From positions 67,655,619-67,675,618 of the forward strand of contig NC_057719.1 of NCBI RefSeq assembly GCF_004010195.1: 20,000 bases of DNA, in the 5' to 3' direction. Within the stretch, counting starts at the first letter, position 1, and each line of letters begins with the position of its first letter. Below, one piece after another: positions 11,213 through 20,000 of the stretch. The position numbers and the translations under genes were made by a program. The notes under the pieces are model-generated. The model saw only the letters and a list, made by a program, of their open reading frames with translations, was not told the origin of the DNA and did no database searches. The DNA comes from Chiloscyllium plagiosum (Eukaryota).

Positions 11213-11710
11213 AGAGTCTAAAAATTGCCAGGGGGCATCACAATGTAGAACTGTCCATGTTTGTCACTTCCAATGCAGATGGTGGACATACTTTCTTTGC
11301 AGGTCTTACAATTATCCTTCAGGACATAGTCCCGGAGGAGCTCAAAGACTTCTCAGAGGAGGTCACTAATTCTGCGTATGAATTTTCTAATACTCTCCAT
11401 TAGCTCAGATAAAAAGACTGCAATAGGATTGCCACATAGGAATTTGGATTGTCACATGGCAAAGTGGACATCATAGATGAGCAAGAGCATGTGTTTGAGA
11501 CAGCGAGAAGGCAGAGGGCAGCAAACCCTCCAAGCTCTGCTCAATCAGATGGAGGTACTTAGAGTCAGATGTCACTAACACAGAGGACAATGCTAGAGTA
11601 ACAGCAGAAAATGTGAGAAATGTTGTCAGCATTTACACAGTGAACGTGTATCCCTGCAGATTACAGTAGGTCTCTAACCTAAGTGTCATGATGTTACCAG
11701 CCTTTGTGTT

Positions 11711-11757
11711 TAGATTAGATTAGATTACAGATTAGATTAGATTAGATTAGATTACAG
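11711..11757 (+). repeat. (ATTAG)n microsatellite-like SINE tail
   Basis: TAG(ATTAG)2 ATTACAG (ATTAG)4 ATTACAG, read directly from the sequence. Confidence 0.9.
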
Positions 11758-12081
11758 TGTGGAAACAGGCCCTTCGGCCCAACAAGTCCACACCGACCCG
11801 CCAAAGCGAAACCCACCCCTACCCCTACATTTACCCCTTACCTAACACTACAGGCAATTTAGTATGGCCAATTCACCTGACCCTGCACATCTTTGGATGG
11901 TGGGAGGAAACCGGAGCACCCGGAGGAAACCCACACAGACACGGGGAGAACGTGCAAACTCCACACAGTCAGTCGCCTGAGGCGGGAATTGAACCCGGGT
12001 CTCTGGCGCTGTGAGGCAGCAGTGCTAACCACTGTGCCACCGTGCCGCCCACTGCCACCGTGCCGCCCACCGCGGTCACCG
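11711..12081 (-). mobile_element. Young HE1-type (V-SINE) SINE, full length, with duplicated 5' end and (CTAAT)n tail
   Basis: From 12050 the minus strand reads GGGCGGCACGGTGGCACAGTGGTTAGCACTGCTGCCTCACAGCGCCAGAGACCCGGGTTCAATTCCCG (intact A and B boxes), then the V-domain GGAGTTTGCACGTTCTCCCCGTGTCTG..GGGTTTCCTCCGGGTGCTCCGGTTTCCTCCCAC and a CR1-type tail. CpGs are largely retained. Candidate TSD TGTGTT at 11705-11710 and 12082-12087. Confidence 0.92.
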
Positions 12082-12324
12082 TGTGTTGATGACCATCACC
12101 ACAGAAAGAGTGATCCCTTACATGGAGCATGAGGCACAGCAGGCAACCAAGTCCATGCTGGTCCTCAGCAATGGGCTGCACTCTCATACAATCACCTTCA
12201 GTGGGGTTAAATGAAGTCTTGCCTGATCTATTAGCCCATCAGTGAAGTGCAGAGAAGTGCTCTCCAGCTGTTGGTTAACAATGAAGTGCTAAATGTTTTA
12301 GAGGATAGATGGGCAAATTGCCAA

Positions 12325-13254
12325 TGTGATTTTAATGCAATTGTGTTTTCATTTCTAAACTTTTATTTATTTATTTTGAGATATTTATTCAGTTCTGAGA
12401 TTTTATTTACAGATTACCGAATGAAACACGAACACAAAAGATTAGAATATAGAATAACTTAACCTATCTGAATACCCAACCAACTCTATCACAACCTAAT
12501 TATGTTGTTCCAATTTCCTGCAACATCCCCATAAACACACTCCTTGGCAAAAGAATTAATTCAAACACAGATTCTTACAGGAGAGAGAGATTGCAGAGAG
12601 GATCAGCCAGGGATCACTGGCTGAAACATGGAACTTCTTTTTTCCCAGCAGCTTCCCGGGGTTCCGAGATAAAACAAAAACAAATGAGAAAAATCCCTGA
12701 ACTGGGAGAATTGGTCACTCCCCTTTCATTGTACAAGTGATTTTTTTTTCAAAATACCCTAAAAGCTTTTTCCCTGATTGTTGTCTTAGGCAGTATCTGT
12801 TAGCCACGGTGGCTCAGTGGTTAGCACTGCTGCCTCACAGTGCCAGGGACCCAGGTTTGATTCCAATCTTGGGTGACTGTCTGGGTGGAGTTTGCACATT
12901 CTTCCCATGTCTGTGCGGGTTTCCTCCAGGTGCTCCAATTTCCTCCTACATTCCAAAGTTGTGCAAGCTAGGTGAATTGGACATGCTAAATTGCCCACAG
13001 TGTTCAAGAGGTGTGTAGGTTAGGTACATTAGACAGGGGAAATGTAAAGTAATAGGGTATGGAAATGGGTCTGGGTGGGGTACTCTTTCGAGGGTTAATG
13101 TAGACTTGTTGGGCCTAATGGCCTGATTTCACACTTTAGAGATTCTATGATAAAGTGGCCTTATCACAGACAAATTGGAACCTCTGCCTTTTGCAACCCC
13201 TTTTGAAAAAAACCAAGGACAACATAACCTTCTTAACAGAGCAGCATCATCACA
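12325..13254 (-). mobile_element. Putative solo LTR-like element interrupted by an HE1 SINE
   Basis: Bounded by inverted TGTGAT (12325-12330) and ATCACA (13249-13254), with AATAAA motifs on the minus strand near 12362-12388. It is non-coding and abuts the truncated Rex1 3'UTR. No matching TSD was seen, so the left boundary is uncertain. Confidence 0.35.
12803..13151 (+). mobile_element. HE1-type (V-SINE) SINE, older copy
   Basis: CACGGTGGCTCAGTGGTTAGCACTGCTGCCTCACAGTGCCAGGGACCCAGGTTTGATTCC head, the same V-domain as 11711-12050, and tail ..GGCCTGATTTCACACTTTAGAGATTCTATGA. Many CpG>TpG/CpA changes. Confidence 0.9.
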
Positions 13255-14697
13255 TCTGCTATACAGGCAGATGGTACCATTCAAAGTGCATCAAGGAGGC
13301 AGAACAGAGTGCAGAATACAGTGTTCCAGTTGCAGTGAAGGTTAGATTAAATTCCCTACAGTATGGAAACAGACCCTTGGGCCCAACAAGTCCACACCAA
13401 CCCTCCGAAGAGTATCCCACCCAGACCCATTCCCCTACCCTATATTTACCCCTGACTAATGCACCTTACACTATGGGCAATTTAGCATGGCCAATTCACC
13501 TGACTTGCACACCTATGGATTATGGGAAGAAACTGGAGCACCCGGAGGAAACCTACGTAGACGGGGGGAGAATGTGCAAACTCCACACAGACAGTCGCCC
13601 AAGGAAGGAATCGAACCGGATTCCTGGTGCTGTGAGGCAGCAGTGCTCATCACTGAGCCACCATGCCACCAAGGCGCAGAGAGAGAGATCAGAAGTAACA
13701 TTTGAGGAGCCTGTTCAAAATCTGGATAACAGTGGGGAAAATGCTATTCTTGAATTTGTTCGTACATGTATTCAAACCTGTATATCTTCTACGCAATGGA
13801 AGAGGGTGGTAGAGAGTATGATCGGGGTGGCAGAGATTGAGTATGTTGGTTGCTTTCCCAAGGCAGTGGGAGGTATAGATGGAGTCAATGGCTGGCTGTG
13901 TTTGTGACTCTCGGTAGTTTCTTGCGGGCTTAGGAACAGCAGTTACCATACCGTGCTGTGATGCATCCATATCGGATGTTTTCTATAATGCATCTATAAA
14001 AATGGTTAAGTCATTTGTGGAAATGCCCAACTTCCTTAGCCTCCTCAGGAAGTAGAGATGTTGTTGTGCTTTCTTGACCATTGCGTTGACATGGGTGGAC
14101 CAGGACAGATTGTTGACGATCATCACGCCCAGGATCTTGACATTCTTGACCATCTCCAACTCAACACTATTGATGCTGATGGGCGCATACCTTCCACTCC
14201 ACTTCCTGAAGTCAATGATCAGCTCCTTCAGTTTGCTGACATTGATAAATAAATTGTCTTTAACCATGCCACTGAGTACTCAATCTCTTTTTTGTATTAT
14301 GTTTCAGCATTGTTTGAAATCTGACCGTCAGTAGGGGTGTCATCAGCAGACTTGTAAATGGATTTGGAGCAGAATTTGGCCACAGTCGTGAGGGTATAAG
14401 GAGTATAGTAGGGGGCTAAGTATGCAGCCTTGCAATTATGGTGGAGGAGGTGTGTTACCTATTCATACTGATTGTGGTGTATGGTCAGGAAGTTGATGAT
14501 CCAGGTACAGAGTGGGGAGCCGAGACCTTAGGGATGAGACTTGTTTGGAATTATGTTGTTGAAGTAAGAACTGTAGTCAATAAGTAGAAGCCATACATAG
14601 GTATCCTTGTTATGCAAATGTTCCAGGGAGGAGTGTAGAGCCAGGGAGATGGTGTCTGCTATGAACCTGGTGTGCCGGTAAGCAAATTGCAAAGGAT
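13255..14697 (-). mobile_element. Rex1/Babar-clade LINE, 5'-truncated, decayed RT domain + 3'UTR
   Basis: Minus-strand translation with frameshifts: [61 protein letters not shown] (FADD box, ~14335-14358); INVSKLKELIIDFRK; LSWSTHVNAMVKKAQQHLYFLRRLRK; RRYTGLNTCTNKFKNSIFPTVIQILN. The 3'UTR continues across the nested SINE. Confidence 0.88.
13342..13670 (-). mobile_element. HE1-type SINE nested in the Rex1 3'UTR
   Basis: Head GGTGGCATGGTGGCTCAGTGATGAGCACTGCTGCCTCACAGCACCAGGAATCCGGTTCGATTCC, V-domain and tail ..CTGTAGGGAATTTAATCTAA. AAGG flanks both sides (13338-13341, 13671-13674). Confidence 0.9.
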
Positions 14698-14711
14698 TGT
14701 GTGGTGCAACT

Positions 14712-15012
14712 GTTATGTACCACTTGTCAATCCAAGGCTAGATATTATCCAGATCTTATTGAATTTGAACTTGGACTGTTTCAGTGTCAAAGGAGTCACA
14801 GATAGTGCTGAACATTACACAATCATCAGCAAACATCCCCACTCTGGTCTTACACTGAAGGAAGGTCACTGATGAAGCAGCTCAAGGGGTTTAGTCAAGG
14901 GGTTTGGACCTTGGACACTACCCTGAGCAACTCCTGTAGAGACGTCTTGGAGTTGAGATGACTGACCTCCAACAACCACAATCACCTTCTATATGCCAAG
15001 TATGGCTCCAAC
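14712..15012 (-). mobile_element. CR1/L2-group LINE RT-core fragment (family distinct from its neighbours)
   Basis: Translates as IVVVGGQSSQLQDVSTGVAQGSVQGP..CFISDLP..GMFADDCVMFSTI..DLDNI*PWIDKW. FADD is at 14822-14833. Confidence 0.8.
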
Positions 15013-15320
15013 TCCCTTTGATATCAAGAATGTTTCTTTAGTGGAGTGATCATATTTCATTAATTAATACAATTGCATTCTGCTTTGGAAAATTGCAAAT
15101 TCGCAGATTTTCAAAATATGACCATTTTGTGGTTTTCCACATCTAGCTATGGATACCTTAACTAATGAAAATGAATGTCTTCCTATCTAACCTACCTATG
15201 GCCCTCATAATTGTTATACACTTCTATTAAGTCCCTTCTCAATCGTTTCTGCTCCGAGGAAGACAACACAACACTGTCCAATCTTGCATCACAGCTCAGA
15301 TTCTCCAGCCAAGAATCACC

Positions 15321-15438
15321 ACCTTCTCAACCTTTCCCCTCGCTTGAGATGTAGTGACCAGATTAAACCGTGACCAGTTATCTCTCCCTAATTTCAGATC
15401 CACCCCATGGTCCTCTAGGATTATGGTGACCTTACCTT
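15321..15438 (+). mobile_element. Family B SINE 3' half inserted in the old CR1
   Basis: CCTTCTCAACCTTTCCCCTCGCTTGAG..ATTAAACC..CCAG..ATGGTCCTCTAGGATTATGGTGACCTTACC matches 3335-3452 and the reverse complement of 4972-5077. Confidence 0.7.
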
Positions 15439-16558
15439 CATAATATTCTCACCGTAAATACATGGAGTAATACAGCTGTCACGTTACCAGCCTGTTTAGT
15501 CAGTTCCAACATATCCTCCCCATTCTTGAATTCCTCAGCTAATATTCATATGCCTTCTTAGTAAAATTACCCGCCTCCTACCTTCAATAATCAGTGGATA
15601 TACAAACCAATGTCCTTCTGATCTCCAATACTTTCTAGGGTCCTATAATTCCTGTTGTAATCCCTTGTCTTGTTAGCCTTCTCCAACTGCATTGCATAAC
15701 ATTTCTCCAGATTGATTTTCATTTGCTCCTGCTGCAAACTGTAGCTGTCCACTGATATACTCCTGCAGTTTATAGTTATCCTTTTCAGTATTTACTACCC
15801 CACTAACTTTTGTGTCATCTGTGAATTTCTTGATCATACCCTCTATATTCAAGTCCAAATCATTAAAAGTACACTACAAACTGCAAGAGCCCAAGTAGCA
15901 GAATACCACAGGCAACAGTGACAGAAACATCCCTCGACCATCTTCCTGCCTCTCAGCTAATTTTGGATCCAATGTTGCACTTTGACGGATCCAAAAGGCT
16001 TTTACTTCCATGAGTCTACCATGAGGGAACTTTTCAAATGCCTTGCTAATCTCCGATGCTCTGTATTACCTCCTCAAAAAAATTAGATCAAATTTGTCAA
16101 ACGTGACCTTACCATAACAATTCATGCTGACTATCACTGATTAATCCCTATCTCTCCAAATGCAGATATGTTGTGTCCCTCAGAATGTTTCCTTATGTAT
16201 TTTGCCAGCTTTGAGTTAGACTGATTGGCCTAGAATCTCATGGTCAATTCCCTCCTCCCTTTTTTAAATAATGGGACAATACCAGCACCCCTCTAGCACC
16301 TCACCTGTAGCCACAGGAGACTGAGACTTATTGCCAAAGCTCTGTTATCTCCTCCCCTGACTCCTGCAACAGCATGGGATTTATCTCATTCAGACCCACA
16401 GGGCTGATAAACCTGCTAGTACCTCCTCTCCTTTTATATTAATTTACTTCTAATATTTCACAATTCTCCACCTTGATAGCTATACCTGCATCATCCTTTT
16501 GTATTTTAAAGACCAACATAAAGTGCTTATTAAGGACAGTGCCTTCATCTCCCAGGTC

Positions 16559-17469
16559 ACATAAGAACATAGAACATAAGAACTAGCAGCAGGAGTAGGT
16601 CATCTGGCCCTTCTAGCCTCCTCCGCCATTCAATAAGATCATGGTTGATATTTTAGTGGCCTCAGCTCCACTTACCCACCTTCTCACCATAATCCTTAAT
16701 TCCTTTATTGTTCAAAAAAAAATCATTCTTGGCTTCTAAAACATTTAGTGAGGTAGCGTCAAATACTTCACTGGGCAGGGAATTACATAGATTCTCAATC
16801 CTCTGGGTGAAGAAGTTCCTTCTCAATTCAGTCCTAAATCTGCTTCCCTAATTTCGAGGCTATGCCCTCTTGTCTGAGTTTCACCCGCCAGTGGAAACAT
16901 CCTCTCTACTTCTATCTTATCTATTCCCTTCATAGTTTTACATGTATCTATGAGATACCCCCTCATTCTTCTAAACTCCAATGAATATAATCCCAGTCTA
17001 CTCATTCTCTCCTCATAAGTCAACCCCCTCAACTCTGGAATCAACCTCGTGAACCTCCTCAGTGCCCCCTGTGGTGGCAGTACACCCCTTCTCAAGTAAG
17101 GAGACCAAAACTGCATGCAGTACTCCAGGTGTGGCCTCATCAGCACCCTGTACAGCTGAAACATAACCCCCTACTTTTAAACTCAATCTCTTCAGCAATG
17201 AAGGACAAAATTCCATTTGCATTCCTAATTACCTGTTGCACCTGCAGACCAACCTTTTGTGATTCACACACAAGGACTCCCAGGTCCCTCTGCACAGCAG
17301 TGTGCTGTAACTTGTTGCTATTCAAGTCCTCTACTGTTACTCCAACGAAAATGGATGATTTCACCTTTATTAACACTGTATTCCATCTGCCAGGCCTTTG
17401 CCCACTCACTTAAAGTATCTATGTTTCTCTGCAAAGTTTCACAGTCCTCTGCAGACTTTGCTCTGCCAC
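16559..17469 (-). mobile_element. Younger 5'-truncated CR1 LINE (ORF2 3' end, 3'UTR, short-repeat tail) nested in the old CR1
   Basis: ORFs 17140..17409 and 16823..17164 give VQRDLGVLV.ESQKV..QVQQVIR.ANG.L.FI and LYR.L.RPHLEYC.QFWSPYL..RRFTRLIPELRGL.YEER..RLGLYSLEFRRMRG. The tail is ACATAAGAACATAGAACATAAGAAC on the plus strand, i.e. (TTCT[T]ATG)n on the minus strand. Confidence 0.9.
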
Positions 17470-18939
17470 ACACTGATTACCTCTATCACCCTAATACATC
17501 ATACTCTTTCCCTAGTCATTCTCTTGCTCCTTGTATTATTAAAAAACATTGGATTCACATTTGTTCTATCCACCAATGCTTTCTCATGCGTCCTTGTTGC
17601 ATTCCTAATTTTCTTTTCATATACCACTCTGCACTTTTATTCTCCTCTAGGGACTCTATCATATTGAGCCTGTGGTATCTGCCATAAGTTACTCTTTTTT
17701 CTCTCAATCCTACCCCTTATGTTCCCTGATATCGAGGCTTCACAGTTCTTGGCCCCACCCTTTGTCTTTGCCGGATAACATTTCCCATGTACTTATGCCA
17801 TTGTCTCCTGAAATGCCTTCCACTAATATAATAGCTTTAGCTGAAAGCAGCTGCTCCAAGTCTTGGGTCAAATCCTCTCTTATATTAGTAAAATTATCCC
17901 TTTCCCAGTTCAAAACTTTAATTCCTGGCCCATCCTTATCTTTTTCCATAATTATCCTCAATCTAATTATGTTATGGTCACTGTCTCTGGAATGTTCCCC
18001 TACTGATGCATCTTCCTTTTGCCTGGATGTATTCCTGAACATTGGAGCCAGAGCTATCCCCTCCTCTGTTTGGCTTTCTATGTCCTGGCTAAATATGTTC
18101 TCCTGGAAGCAATTTAAGAATTTTCCCTATCTTGCACACTAAAACTATCCAAGTTAATATTTGAATTGTTAAAATCCCCACTTGTGACCTTTTATTCTTA
18201 TATTTCCTTGAAATGTGATTCCACGTTTGATCCTCTTTCTCTCCTTAATTGTTCAACTGCCTACGCACACAGCAAATAGCGCTTTTGCCCATTTTGTGTT
18301 TTGACTTCGACCAGAATGGTTTTAATTGATGATACTTTCAAGATATCATCCCTCCTCACAGCCACAATTGATTCCTTGACCAATATTGCAACCCTATTCC
18401 TTCTCTTCTAATTATCTATTTATCTCATCTGAATCTGTAACAAGGAATGGTGAGCTGCCAATCTTGCCCATCTTTCATTGTTATGATATCATACTCCCAC
18501 GTGCCTTTCTGTGTTCTCAGTTCAATTGTCTTAATTCCCACGCTCCTTAGGTTCAAGTATATTCATTTATAGTTGCTCACTTATTTCTTATATAGAATAG
18601 TTTTCTTCTGTCTTCCAGACTTACTTAAATTCTAATTCTATCTCGGCTTCTCTCCTCTCTGAAGTATGTGTCATGGTCCCATTTCCCTGCCAATTTAATT
18701 TAAATCCAGCCCGATAGTACAAGCAGAGATCCCTGCAAAAATATTGGTCCCAATCCTATTCAGAGGTAACCCGTCCAACCTTTGTAGGTCCCACCACCTA
18801 TAGAAACAGTTCCACTGTTTAACTGTCCACATTTATGCAATCAATTCACAGCCAGTTAACCCTTAATATATCCATCGCGTATTCCCTTGTTTGATTTGGT
18901 CTCAGAAATCCCTTCAGGCCTCTTAAGTGATAACATAAA

Positions 18940-19118
18940 TGAGTGCTCAAATGGAAATTGTATAGCTACCTGGAGAATATAAAAATAGGAAATGAATGGT
19001 TAGAAGGGTGGGGATGTGTTGGAGTTATTAAGACTAACTGGATTTGTCTTGGAAAGAACTAGCAAAGTCTCATTGGCCTGAATGGCGTCCTTCTGTTCTG
19101 CACTATTCTATTCTATAG
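18940..19118 (+). mobile_element. CR1-type LINE 3'UTR relic
   Basis: Ends TTGGCCTGAATGGCGTCCTTCTGTTCTGCACTATTCTATTCTAT, the CR1 3' hairpin plus (ATTCT)n tail. The 5' boundary is approximate. Confidence 0.6.
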
Positions 19119-19692
19119 GACTCAAAACCTGTCTTGAAGCTGTTCAACTATAACTGTCTAGAGATATAGTACGAGGGATAAAGGGCCCATGATTTCTCTC
19201 ACGAGTGCCTGACAAAACCGTATCTTTTCTCATGTGCACAAAGATGCACAACACTCCCAAATTAAAATATTTCTTTTATATGCAGCTGGCCTCATTGCTT
19301 TCTTATCTAATTGGTTAGTCAATCTTTACATATTTTCAGGGAGAAACAAGATAGGCTGGCACTACAATCAAAAATGCATAATCTAACTATTTTATTTATC
19401 TTAAACAGAAAATGAAATTACTGAGCAATGAACTGCTCTAGGCATAAAATTAACTGTCTGAACCATTGGTGCAAAGCTAGCATTGTTCATTATCATAATA
19501 AAATAATGATCAGAAAACTATGCATGGAGGCAGTTTCACTCCACTTTCTTCTCACTAGTGCTTGAAATGGAGACATCAAAAAATAAAAGGTACTTCATTC
19601 AATTGAGACAAAACACTGGCCTTATTTCAGGCTGAATGATTGTGATGGAATTTTGTTAAGTGATAATCTGTAATTCATTGACATAAATTCAG

Positions 19693-20000
19693 GCCAGCGA
19701 CCATAATTCTGTTCATTTTAAAATAGTGATGGAAAAGGATAGAGCAGATCTAAAAGTTGAAGTTCTAAATTGGAGAAAGGCCAATTTTGACGGTATTAGG
19801 CAGAACTTTCGAAAGCTGATTGGAGGCAGATGTTCGCAGGTAAAGGGACGGCTGGAAAATGGGAAGCCTTCAGAAATGAGATAACAAGAATCCAGAGAAA
19901 GTATATTCCTGTCAGGGTGAAAGGGAAGGCTGGTAGGTATAGGGAATGCTGGATGACTAAAGAAATTGAGGGTTTGGTTAAGAAAAAGAAGGAAGCATAT
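19693..20000 (+). mobile_element. Young CR1 (HER1-like) LINE ORF2, 5'-truncated, continues beyond the window
   Basis: ASDHNSVHFKIVMEKDRADLKVEVLNWRKANFDGIRQ/ELSKADWRQMFAGKGTAGKWEAFRNEITRIQRKYIPVRVKGKAGRYRECWMTKEIEGLVKKKKEAY. There are no stops once a single 1-nt frameshift at ~19802-19805 is corrected, and several CpGs are retained. Confidence 0.88.

Larger units (their letters stand above)
15178..18815 (-). mobile_element. Old CR1 LINE: ORF1 C-terminus + most of ORF2 (EN and RT), heavily decayed and interrupted
   Basis: ORF1 esterase-like end WDLQRLDGLPLNRIGTNIFAG (~18730-18795, cf. DGLHLN). ORF2 start YLNLRSVG..YDII..GQDWQL.IP (~18440-18560). EN end VGEHSRDSDHNII (ORF 17740..18042). RT IKKFTDDTKVSGVV (FTDD at 15814-15825). 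C-terminal EQKRLRRDLIEVY (~15215-15255). Confidence 0.85.

Noticed and set aside
11711..11757. Telomere-like or CRISPR-like short repeat array
   Set aside because: The unit is ATTAG, not TTAGGG, there are no spacers, and it is the SINE 3' tail.
11975..12050. tRNA-like sequence with A and B boxes
   Set aside because: It is the SINE head, continuous with the V-domain and LINE-derived tail, and is not a stand-alone tRNA gene. The same applies at 12803, 13670 and 3230.
11757..13018. Short ORFs with similar peptides (VAQWLALLPHSARDPG, GFPPGAP)
   Set aside because: They look like a gene family but are translations of HE1 SINE copies.
13155..13907. Longest ORF (250 aa, + strand)
   Set aside because: Chimeric antisense read-through of LTR-like sequence, Rex1 3'UTR, an HE1 SINE and the Rex1 ORF end. 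Peptides such as HPEET..GRMCKLHTDS are SINE translations that recur in the other copies.
14882..14905. Direct repeat TCAAGGGGTTT x2
   Set aside because: A small local tandem duplication inside a dead LINE fragment, with no sign of function.

Overview
AT-rich vertebrate genomic DNA, most likely from a cartilaginous fish (shark). This is inferred from three HE1-type (V-SINE) tRNA-derived SINEs, a SacSINE1/DeuSINE-like element and shark-type CR1 LINEs. I can support no intact host gene, exon, rRNA or true tRNA gene, so the window looks intronic or intergenic. It is dominated by decayed, often nested retroelements: an L2 3' end, several SINE families, a gutted Ty3/Gypsy element (gag-zinc knuckle-protease ... 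pol tail-PPT), a Rex1/Babar LINE with a nested SINE, a long old CR1 interrupted by a younger CR1 and a SINE, and a young CR1 running off the right edge. Nearly all tracked ORFs are TE fragments or antisense/chimeric readings of repeats. The most interesting signal is a 135-bp insertion (8902-9036) flanked by a perfect 12-bp target-site duplication. It carries a near-canonical minimal hammerhead ribozyme on the minus strand, typical of Penelope-like/retrozyme elements. A second, decayed hammerhead-like motif from another repeat family lies about 300 bp upstream. Family names come from recognising motifs by eye, not from database searches.
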